Shown here: positions 28,781 through 37,171 of the stretch, one piece after another
Numbering within the stretch: position 1 is the stretch's first letter
How the letters are laid out: the number at the start of each line of letters is the position of its first letter
Virus record (IMG/VR): IMGVR_UViG_3300044511_000090
Coordinates: 10,145-74,144 of that record
Source: a virus
Direction: 5' to 3' (one strand)
Length of the DNA stretch: 64,000 nucleotides
Made by a program: the position numbers and the translations under genes
Notes under the pieces: model-generated
The model's input: the letters and a program-made list of their open reading frames with translations, nothing else
Told to the model about the DNA's origin: nothing
Databases searched by the model: none

Positions 28781-29365
28781 ATGGGAACTCGTAATCTGAC
28801 AATGGTTGTTTCTGGCGGGAAAACAAAAGTTGCCCAATATGGCCAATGGGACGGATACCCAGAAGGCCAGGGTCTAACGGCTCTCTTTTTCCTCAAGAGT
28901 ACAAACCTTGAAAGGTTCAAGCTAAAACTTGATCAATGCAGGTTCGGAACCACAGATGAACTCAAAAAGATTTACCTCCAGTTTACAGATAACGATTATC
29001 TGACTGAGGAGCAGCACAAAAGATTCATGTCTTCAGAATATGGCCATCTTAGTAGAGACCACGGGGCAAAAATCTTGGGGCTAATCTTAGATTCCCCAAG
29101 CGGTCTTATACTAAGTGACCAAAGCGATTTCGCTGCTGATTCGCTTTTTTGCGAATGGTGCTATGTCATCGATTTTGACAAAAACACATTTGAAGTGTTC
29201 AAAGGCTGCAATCATGAGCCACTTGCAAAAGGAGAAAGGTTCTTCAATCTCAATCCGAGCGAACCAAGCAAGTATTATCCAGTCAAAAAAGTCGCCGAAT
29301 TCAAACTTGGTTCTCTTCCGAATAAGAAAAAGTTTTTGAAGGTTTGCAGACCAGATTCAGAGTAA
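28781..29365 (+). CDS. Conserved phage protein (MGTR...QWDGYP family)
   Basis: MGTRNLT...AQYGQWDGYPEGQG...DSLFCEWCYVIDFD. Confidence 0.8.
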   Translation: MGTRNLTMVVSGGKTKVAQYGQWDGYPEGQGLTALFFLKSTNLERFKLKLDQCRFGTTDELKKIYLQFTDNDYLTEEQHKRFMSSEYGHLSRDHGAKILGLILDSPSGLILSDQSDFAADSLFCEWCYVIDFDKNTFEVFKGCNHEPLAKGERFFNLNPSEPSKYYPVKKVAEFKLGSLPNKKKFLKVCRPDSE

Positions 29366-29378
29366 AAAAGGAGGCAAC

Positions 29379-29720
29379 ATGCAACGATGGCGCAATGTTC
29401 CAGGATCGCTGACTATCGAATGCTACCGAGACCAGTTGGGCGTTCCGTTTGCCTTAATGCCTGGGCCAGACAAAAGACTGCCAGACGAAATTGCGGCTTT
29501 CATTCCGTCTTGGGATGAATGTGAAGAGTCTGGCGAAAGCACAAATCTGGTTCTGGAGTTTGTATCGGCTGGCTGTGATATGCCGCCCGACTGGTGCGAC
29601 GACAGGGATGTGATTTACGCGACATGCGGGAAGAAGGTTTTGCCGGATACTCTTCGCAACAAACTGGCAGAGATGTTCTCTGATCAGATTGACGAGTGTG
29701 AACTTGACCACGGAGAATGA
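29379..29720 (+). CDS. Hypothetical protein
   Basis: AGGAGG RBS. Confidence 0.65.
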   Translation: MQRWRNVPGSLTIECYRDQLGVPFALMPGPDKRLPDEIAAFIPSWDECEESGESTNLVLEFVSAGCDMPPDWCDDRDVIYATCGKKVLPDTLRNKLAEMFSDQIDECELDHGE

Positions 29721-29727
29721 AAGACAC

Positions 29728-29919
29728 ATGAAAACAGAGTTGCAGATAATGTGCTCCGAATGCAAAGGCATTTTGTTTCCAGTCCAGACATCTCGGCTTG
29801 AGGACTACCTTGGGCACAGGGTCTACGAATGCGAAAAATGTCACCAACAGTGGAAATTTGTTCGAGAAGACGAGCCGTTCAAAACAGAAACAATACCACA
29901 TATGCCATTTGGCAGATAG
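29728..29919 (+). CDS. Zinc-ribbon protein
   Basis: CSEC...YECEKC. Confidence 0.65.
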   Translation: MKTELQIMCSECKGILFPVQTSRLEDYLGHRVYECEKCHQQWKFVREDEPFKTETIPHMPFGR

Positions 29920-29929
29920 GAGAATGAGA

Positions 29930-31048
29930 ATGTCATCGTGGTTTGAAATCGACAAGAACGGGCTTGCGGCAATCCTTGAGAGGCGCGGCAAAGCATGGGC
30001 CATCTTTGAGTTGATCCAGAACGCATGGGACTCTGGCGCTACTGAAGTCAAGATTTGGCTCAACCAATCTGAACGGCATCAACGTGAGGCTTTGCTAGTT
30101 GTTCAAGACAACGGCGAAGGTTTTGACAATCTTGACGACTCATTCACCATGTTTGGGAAGTCTCGTAGGGCAAGCGACCCTACAAAACGCGGCAGGTATT
30201 CTTTGGGAGAAAAACTCGTTCTTTCTATATGCAAAGAAGCGAGCATCGCAACCAGAACGGGTATGGTTGTGTTCTCGGAAAACAATAAGCGAAAGAAGTC
30301 AGAAACTTTCGATGGGACCAAGTTCTCATGTGTCATCAAAATGACTCACGCAGAGTATGAAGAAGTGTGCGAGCGAATGAAAGAACTGATTCCGCCAATC
30401 GTGACTTTCTTCAACGAACAGAGGATTGATGGAGGCACATTCGTTGCATCATTTGAGGCATCTTTGCCAACGGTGACTTGGGATGTCGAAGGCAATCCTG
30501 GGAAAAGCATTCGCAAGACGGAAATCGGCCTGTTTGAGATGCTGGCAGACGGCCAAGGCATGATCCTCGAAATGGGCATCCCCGTGGTCGAGTGCGAAAT
30601 ACCGTATCGCGTGAATGTGCTACAGAAAGTGCCGCTCAACATGGACAGAGACAATGTGACACCGGCATTTCTCAAAGCTGTCCAAGTTGCCGTCATGAAC
30701 AACATGGCATCGAAACTCCAAGAAGAAGATATTCGACAGCCTTGGGCACAGGAGGCACTTGGAGATGCCAGGGCAACTCCAGAGGCAGTCAAGGTATCGC
30801 TTGTCAAGCGATTCGGCGAACGAGCCGTTGTCGCAACACCCGGCGACCCGATTGCAAACGCAACAGCGTCTCAGGCTGGGTTCACGGTTATTCCTGGAGG
30901 CTCGTTGCCGCCAGGAATGTGGGCCAATGTTCGCAAGCACGAGCTGCTTCAGTCATCTGGCAAAGTTTTCCCGACTCCATCACCAGAGAAACTTGCAAAA
31001 GCGGCTGAAGAAGCTGGCGCTTGCCCGTCTTGTGGAAGAAGATTTTAA
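29930..31048 (+). CDS. GHKL (HATPase_c) ATPase
   Basis: ELIQNAWD (N box), VQDNGEGF (G1), RGRYSLGEK (G2), GT motif. Confidence 0.88.
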   Translation: MSSWFEIDKNGLAAILERRGKAWAIFELIQNAWDSGATEVKIWLNQSERHQREALLVVQDNGEGFDNLDDSFTMFGKSRRASDPTKRGRYSLGEKLVLSICKEASIATRTGMVVFSENNKRKKSETFDGTKFSCVIKMTHAEYEEVCERMKELIPPIVTFFNEQRIDGGTFVASFEASLPTVTWDVEGNPGKSIRKTEIGLFEMLADGQGMILEMGIPVVECEIPYRVNVLQKVPLNMDRDNVTPAFLKAVQVAVMNNMASKLQEEDIRQPWAQEALGDARATPEAVKVSLVKRFGERAVVATPGDPIANATASQAGFTVIPGGSLPPGMWANVRKHELLQSSGKVFPTPSPEKLAKAAEEAGACPSCGRRF

Positions 31049-31189
31049 TGAGCAAAGCAGACACCGAAGTATTACGGAACGCACAAACATGCCTCGGATG
31101 TTTCGTACTGTCCGTAATTGCAATCATCTTTTCGATCAGCGCCGCTGTGGCGTTGGTTTGGTTGGTTGTCAAGTAACTCAGGAGAAAGC

Positions 31190-31979
31190 ATGAATCCGAT
31201 TCTTGAAAGCACGCTGAAGCAAATTGACCGCCTTGAGTCAAGCGCCACTGCCGAAGGAGCACCGGCGCTGCTGGTATCAAGCGGCGAACACAAAATGGGC
31301 GGCAAAGAACGAGCCGCATTCTGCAAAGGAGTTGCTTTCGGCCTCGGCATGATCCGAGAGCACATCGAAACGCTGCTCAAAGTGGCAGGAGCTCAATGAT
31401 GCACACAAAAGAAGCGTGGCTTTTGCACTGTCTTTCAAAAGATGATGACGAGTGGCTTGTGTACACAAAAGACGAGCACACGGACAGTAGCGACATCCAG
31501 AACACAATGGATAAAAGTATTTGCGTGGTCAGCGGAGGTCTTGGCTGTTTGGAAGAAGGCGGATGCCATGAATCAAGAGCAAACGCAAGGCTGATAGCTG
31601 CGTCTCCATTACTTCTTGAAGCCTGCGAGTTCGTTCTTGCGTTTGTTTCTTCGCAATTGGAAGCCGGTCTTGATTGCAAATATGAGAAGGAACTTCTCAC
31701 AGAGACAATCAAAAAAGCCAAAGGTGAGCCATGACCAAAAAAGAAGAATACAGCCTTGAGAGGAACATCTACCGAATCTTGCTTGCCGCAAGAGAGTTAG
31801 AAGCTCTTGCCGATACCAAATACTCAGAATTCTGGCCTGATGACGGATACGAAACAATCAGGAATTCGGCAGACAGACTCCAATCTCTTATGAACACTAT
31901 CCTCGCGGCCAAGGGTCAAAGGAGTCTGGAACTGAGCTACACCGACAAAAGCGGCAAAACATGGGAACCAATACTTTAG
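31190..31979 (+). other. Three small hypothetical genes (31190-31399, 31396-31734, 31731-31979)
   Basis: ATGA-coupled; ANARLIAASP.LLEAC motif in the second. Confidence 0.65.
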
Positions 31980-31988
31980 GAGAAACAA

Positions 31989-32699
31989 ATGAGCGATTCA
32001 TCGCAACTGGCAACGAACCCGATGACACTCCTTCAGATGGCAATCGAGAAGGGGATAGACGCCGGGCAACTTGAGAAACTGATGGGTCTTCATGAACGAT
32101 GGGAAGCAAGCCGAGCCGCCGAAGCGTTTGGCAACGCTCTTGCTGCATTCCAGTCAGAATGCGGCCCGGTGTTCAAATCCAGGTCTGCAAAGACAGACAA
32201 ATTCGGCTACAAGTTTGCATCTCTTGACGACGTGATGGAAATTGCAGGGCCGATCTTGGCAAAGAACAAGATCAGCATTTCTTTTGACACGGAGCACAAA
32301 GAGATTTCATCCGATAATAAGAAGGACCACTTCCTGACGGTGATTTGCCGTATCAGAGTCGGCTCTTACTTCGAGGACCACAAGTTCACTTCGCCGGTTC
32401 CGTCAAGCCTTCGAGCATCCGAGCCGCAACAATATGGTGCAGCTTTGCAATACCTTAAACGGTACTGCTTGTGTGCGGCGCTAAACATCGTAACGACAGA
32501 CAAAGACACAGATGCGGCCAGCGTTGTTGAATTTGTCTCTCAGGGGAATGTTGAGCAGATGAAGAGGATTATTGAAGAAGCCAATGTTGACATCGGCAGA
32601 TTCCTTGCCTGGGCACAGATAGATTCCCTTGAACAGATGGCCGCAAAAGACTTCCCCAAAGCAATGGACCTTCTCAACAGAAAACGCAAAGGAGATTAA
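31989..32699 (+). CDS. erf: ERF-family single-strand annealing protein
   Basis: LEKLMGLHERW...YKFASLDD...QQYGAALQYLKRYCLCAALNIVT.D.D.D. Confidence 0.9.
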   Translation: MSDSSQLATNPMTLLQMAIEKGIDAGQLEKLMGLHERWEASRAAEAFGNALAAFQSECGPVFKSRSAKTDKFGYKFASLDDVMEIAGPILAKNKISISFDTEHKEISSDNKKDHFLTVICRIRVGSYFEDHKFTSPVPSSLRASEPQQYGAALQYLKRYCLCAALNIVTTDKDTDAASVVEFVSQGNVEQMKRIIEEANVDIGRFLAWAQIDSLEQMAAKDFPKAMDLLNRKRKGD

Positions 32700-32701
32700 C
32701 G

Positions 32702-34720
32702 ATGGGCAAGATTGTCAGACAGAAAAACAAAGCCGAAGGCGGAGTAACCGCACAAGAGAAACGGCTTTTTGCAAAGCACGTTCAATTGTGGACAGAACGC
32801 GCCTTCCGCACCGATCCAATCGACAGAGACAAGATAATCGAGGCGATTCATGGAATCTACGAATCTGCTGGCCTGAAAAGGCCACGAGTCGTTATTGTTC
32901 CAAGTCCGATTGTGATGGCTTTTGCTGGAGGCTTTGCATCTGTAATTTGGAAACACAAGAAAAACAGCCTTTCAGCCGTTGCCGCTACCGAATCTGTTGA
33001 CCTCAATGCAACACGAAATGCAACAAGAGACGCAACAAGAGACGCAACAAGAGAAGCAGCCGACTCCGAAACACTTGAAACTGCGATGAACGAGACAGAC
33101 TCTGAATCATTCTATGTTACACTAACTGCTGCCCGCGCCGCAACCGATGCCGCGACACGCGCCGTAGCCGACGATGCTGACCGTGATGAAATACGCAATG
33201 CAACAAGCGATGCGATACACTATGCGACCCGCTCCGAGGCCATCGCTGCAATCTACAATGCAGCCGACTCCGATACCACAGCCGCGACACGCAGAGCTAC
33301 TCGCATAGCGGCTATAAGTGCAATCCACGATGATACCGCCTCTGTGACACAGGATGCTGTCAGTGCCGCAACCGATGCCGCGATCCGAGATGCATCCGAT
33401 GATGAAATCAAAAATTCGACCGACCGCAAAACACGAGCCGAGGTACAAGCTGCTACCCTTTATTCGGTCTCATCTGCGACACGCGCTTCGACATACGCAG
33501 CGGCAGACGAGGCGATCAGCGATTTGACGCGCAAAGCAACCAGATATGCGGCCTACGAGCAAACACGATCAGCGACAGACGAGGTAACCCACACTTCGAC
33601 ATTCGTTGCGACCATAGGTGCTACCAGCGTTGCAACAGTCTTAGCGACATCCGATGTGACACGCAACGCGATCAATTCTTCTGTCCAAGGAGCGGCAGAT
33701 GCCGCGACACGCGCTGCCGCTGACGCAGCGACACAGGAGGCGATCTTTGTCACTACCAAATCCGCAACCCGCAATGAGATAAGCGCTGCGATCCGCACTG
33801 CAACATCACTTGAGACAGCTGCTGCGACCGACAAGGCGACCCGCGATGCGATCAGCAATGCAACCTATAAGGCGACCTTTGCTGAAACCGCTTCTAAGAC
33901 ATTTGATTTGGCAGACAACAAGACGCGATATGCTACTCACGATTATACCCGCAATGCGGCGAGCGAGGCGGCAGAAAAGACCATCATTGCGGCCTCCGTT
34001 GCTATCATCGATACTACCAAATCCGATGCCAGCGATTTTATCTCATTGGCAAAAGATATTCTTGGTGAAAACTGGAACGAAGGGATCAAAGAAGCGTCCA
34101 GATGGCAAGAATACTACCAAGGCGGCAATATGTGGTCATCATATGAATGCTACCTGACCGCCTGCCGAGACATCATTGGTCTTGATCTTGAAATACACAA
34201 AAAGTACACTCACTGGGAACAAGCAGCAATCAATGGCGGCTTCCGATTCATGCACAGCGAATTCTGCATGGTCTGTGATTTCCCAGAAATCTTGAAAGTC
34301 GAAAACAACGTGCCTCATTGTACAGATGGCCCATCCCATAGGTGGCGAGACGGCTTTTCTCTTTGGCACATTGGCGGAATCTTGGTTGATGAGCAAATTG
34401 TTATGCGGCCAGAAACGCAGACTGTTTCTCAAATCAACAATGAGCAAAATGCCGATGTCAAAGCAATCCGAATTCAAAGATACGGATGGGTTAGGTATCT
34501 TGAAGATATTGGGGCCAAGTGCATCCATCGCAGGCGAAATCTGGTAGAAGGAACAGTTGAAGCGTTGTTCGATGCTGGAGAGTTCGGGCGGAGGCTTGTG
34601 GCCACATGCCCGACATGGAGAGTGTTTTCTATGGGTGTTCCATCAAGTGTTGATGATTGTGAGCAAGCTCAAAATTGGCTTGCTGGCGAAAAACCGTTTC
34701 GAGTGTTGGCAAGAACCTAA
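32702..34720 (+). CDS. DUF6745-type protein with an Ala/Thr 4-residue-periodic core
   Basis: TDPIDRDK...PSP cap; about 350 aa of ATRxATxx; YQGGNMW...GGFRFMHSEFCMVCDFP...PHCTDGPSHRWRDG...INNEQNADV...CPT. Confidence 0.88.
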   Translation: MGKIVRQKNKAEGGVTAQEKRLFAKHVQLWTERAFRTDPIDRDKIIEAIHGIYESAGLKRPRVVIVPSPIVMAFAGGFASVIWKHKKNSLSAVAATESVDLNATRNATRDATRDATREAADSETLETAMNETDSESFYVTLTAARAATDAATRAVADDADRDEIRNATSDAIHYATRSEAIAAIYNAADSDTTAATRRATRIAAISAIHDDTASVTQDAVSAATDAAIRDASDDEIKNSTDRKTRAEVQAATLYSVSSATRASTYAAADEAISDLTRKATRYAAYEQTRSATDEVTHTSTFVATIGATSVATVLATSDVTRNAINSSVQGAADAATRAAADAATQEAIFVTTKSATRNEISAAIRTATSLETAAATDKATRDAISNATYKATFAETASKTFDLADNKTRYATHDYTRNAASEAAEKTIIAASVAIIDTTKSDASDFISLAKDILGENWNEGIKEASRWQEYYQGGNMWSSYECYLTACRDIIGLDLEIHKKYTHWEQAAINGGFRFMHSEFCMVCDFPEILKVENNVPHCTDGPSHRWRDGFSLWHIGGILVDEQIVMRPETQTVSQINNEQNADVKAIRIQRYGWVRYLEDIGAKCIHRRRNLVEGTVEALFDAGEFGRRLVATCPTWRVFSMGVPSSVDDCEQAQNWLAGEKPFRVLART

Positions 34721-34732
34721 CAAGGAGATGCT

Positions 34733-35188
34733 ATGTCAAGCGTGAAAGAAGTAATTCGGGAAATCCAACAACACGCCAAAGTCCTGAAAGAGCGTGTGAG
34801 TCCTGGGCAACCGGCTGTCTTGAATGAAGCCTGCTCTGTTGGTGACGGCGTATGGCAAGGAGACCTCGGAATCGAAATCGTTTCCGCAGTCCCTGAAGGA
34901 TACGTCCTCGTCAAGAAGCCAAAGGAAGATGACAAGCAGATTGTTCCCGGCAACACACAAGGGAGCAAGCACGTTCTGCGAAGCATTGTCGGCGTATCGA
35001 TTTGGAGGCCGAAGAATTGGCCAAGCGAGATTGGTATTTTCGGGCCTTGCATTGTCGCAGAATCCGAAGCAGTTATCGATCACCCAACACACGGGGAGGT
35101 TACAATTTCTGCCGGTCACACCATCCTGTGCAGATACCAGCGTGAATGGGATCAAGAGCAAAAGAAAGCCCGCAGGAATGCCGACTAA
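34733..35188 (+). CDS. Small partner of the DUF6745-type protein
   Basis: WQGDL...GNTQGSKH...IDHPTHG...YQRE, a pattern I recall next to DUF6745 genes. Confidence 0.75.
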   Translation: MSSVKEVIREIQQHAKVLKERVSPGQPAVLNEACSVGDGVWQGDLGIEIVSAVPEGYVLVKKPKEDDKQIVPGNTQGSKHVLRSIVGVSIWRPKNWPSEIGIFGPCIVAESEAVIDHPTHGEVTISAGHTILCRYQREWDQEQKKARRNAD

Positions 35189-35201
35189 CCAAGGAGTACA
35201 A

Positions 35202-35816
35202 ATGAAGATCATCGAATGCGCCCAGATTTCTCCAGAATGGTGGGAAGCACGCAGAGGGATTCCAACGGCGTCGAATTTCAGCAAAATCATGACGCCGAAG
35301 ACCATGAAGCTGTCTTCTCAATGCGAAGAGTACATTGCTGAGCTCATTGCCGAACAGATATGCCTGACGCCGAACTATTTCACGGAACAAGGCAGGCCAA
35401 TAACCAAGGCTATGACAGACGGCATCGACAATGAGCCAGAAGCCAGACGATTCTACGAAATGGAGAAGAATTCAACTGTCCAGCAAGTCGGATTTATCAC
35501 AACTGATGACGGGAGATTTGGGTGCTCTCCAGATGGGCTTGTTGGCGAAGACGGTGGCCTTGAACTCAAATGCCCGATGCTTAAAACCCAGGTAAGGTAT
35601 TATCTGAATGGTGGCATTCCTGACGAATACATAACTCAGGTTCACGGCAGCTTGATTGTCACAGGACGGAAGTGGTGGGACTTTTTAAGCTACTGTCCAG
35701 GATCGCCGCCAGTGATGATTCGGACTGTGCCTAATGCGTACACCGAGAACCTGAAGAAGTGTCTTGAACAGTTTTGGACACTGTATCAAGAGTCTTTGGA
35801 CAAGTTCCGTAAATAG
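35202..35816 (+). CDS. YqaJ/lambda-type exonuclease
   Basis: QISPEWWEARRGIPTAS...EPEAR...GCSPDGLV...LELKCP...YITQV. Confidence 0.95.
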   Translation: MKIIECAQISPEWWEARRGIPTASNFSKIMTPKTMKLSSQCEEYIAELIAEQICLTPNYFTEQGRPITKAMTDGIDNEPEARRFYEMEKNSTVQQVGFITTDDGRFGCSPDGLVGEDGGLELKCPMLKTQVRYYLNGGIPDEYITQVHGSLIVTGRKWWDFLSYCPGSPPVMIRTVPNAYTENLKKCLEQFWTLYQESLDKFRK

Positions 35817-35834
35817 GCGCACGTCGCGCCTATT
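35812..35834. repeat. Dispersed palindrome, copy 3
   Basis: aataggcgc acgtc gcgcctatt, overlapping the exonuclease stop. Confidence 0.9.
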
Positions 35835-35863
35835 ATTTCCCTAGCAATAATGGAGAAGATCAA

Positions 35864-36091
35864 ATGCCGCGTCTTACGTTTGATGATGAACTTGACCTGC
35901 TGAAGCAAATCGACGAACAGTTTTCAGGCGTTCGTGTATCACTTGGATTCACTTGCCCATGCTGCAAACAGCCTTGTCCTGACAACGAGTATCACACTTA
36001 CGGGCGACACGAAGATTGCACCTACATCGTGAGGCTTCCTGCGACCAACACTTGCACGAGAGCCGAAATCCCGCTCAGGGTCGGCAGATAG
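35864..36091 (+). CDS. Small Cys-rich hypothetical protein
   Basis: GGAG RBS; CPCC. Confidence 0.55.
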   Translation: MPRLTFDDELDLLKQIDEQFSGVRVSLGFTCPCCKQPCPDNEYHTYGRHEDCTYIVRLPATNTCTRAEIPLRVGR

Positions 36092-36235
36092 TTGTTGACT
36101 GGCAAGACGGCTTGGTATACACTCACCATTCTCCTGCCCGGAGATCAACACAAATTAGCTATGCCGACCCGATGGTTTTTCGCCGGGCAGGGGGAATTTA
36201 CCAAAGGGTCGGCAGTTTTGTAACAAGGATCAAGG

Positions 36236-37162
36236 ATGCCAACAGAGGCCCATGAATACGCAGAACTGTTCCCGCTTCACGAGGGGCAAACACTTGTCGA
36301 TCTTTCTGAAGACATCAAAAAGAACGGGGTCATTGAGGCCATTGTGATGTACGAAGGGAAGATTCTTGATGGACGAAGGCGAGAGCTTGCTTGCGAGTCG
36401 GTAAACGTCAAGCCAAGATACAGAGCGTTCGGAAGCCTTGAATCAGATGGTGACGATCCTCTTGCTTTTGTTTGGTCAAAGAACTTTCACCGAAGGCATC
36501 TGAATCCGAATGAGAAAGCACTTTCAGCGGCTCAATATGTCACAGCAAGCGCTGGCAGGCCAAAGCAATCAACTGACGAATCAGAGAAAAAGCCGATCAC
36601 GAGAGTCGAGGCGGCAGAAAAATTCGACGTTTCCATAGATGCCCTGAAAAGGGCAAGGACGATTTCTGAAGGAGGGTCACAATCACTTGTTGACGCCGTC
36701 CAGAAAGAAGAATTGAGCATCAGCGATGCTGCATCGGTAGCGGGCCTTCCCAAGAGTATCCAAAACAAGGCCGTCAGCCGAGTCAGATCAGGCGATGCGT
36801 CAACGGTTAGAGAAGCAGCGAGGCAACTGTCTGACGAAACATCTGAAGCTGCTTTGGAAGAAGAGGCCAACCCGACAGACGAGACCATTGGCGATCAAAT
36901 CAAGCGTGTAAACGCAGAAATCGAGTCTTTCTGCCGCAAGATGCTGAAGATGTTTGATGACGAGTGCCCGCGAGACCCGTGGATTGTCGAAGAGGGGACC
37001 ATAGATGGGGCCAGAAAGAAGGTTCAGAACGCTTGCCAAACACTGAGAACTGCCAAGTGTGAAGCGGAGTGTCCAAAGTGCGACGGCACTGGCTGTGCGA
37101 AGTGTTTCAAGACCGGACGTATGCCAAAGTTTGTTTTAGATCAACTTGGCACTTCAAAGTAG
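36236..37162 (+). CDS. ParB-like protein with HTH and C-terminal Zn finger
   Basis: LSEDIKKNG...ILDGRRRELAC...NFHRRHL; AAEKFDVS HTH; CPKCDGTGCAKCFKTG. Confidence 0.88.
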   Translation: MPTEAHEYAELFPLHEGQTLVDLSEDIKKNGVIEAIVMYEGKILDGRRRELACESVNVKPRYRAFGSLESDGDDPLAFVWSKNFHRRHLNPNEKALSAAQYVTASAGRPKQSTDESEKKPITRVEAAEKFDVSIDALKRARTISEGGSQSLVDAVQKEELSISDAASVAGLPKSIQNKAVSRVRSGDASTVREAARQLSDETSEAALEEEANPTDETIGDQIKRVNAEIESFCRKMLKMFDDECPRDPWIVEEGTIDGARKKVQNACQTLRTAKCEAECPKCDGTGCAKCFKTGRMPKFVLDQLGTSK

Positions 37163-37171
37163 GAGATACAC

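Noticed and set aside
27988-28920. 310-aa minus-strand ORF
   Set aside because: Shadow of the SMC-like coiled-coil gene.
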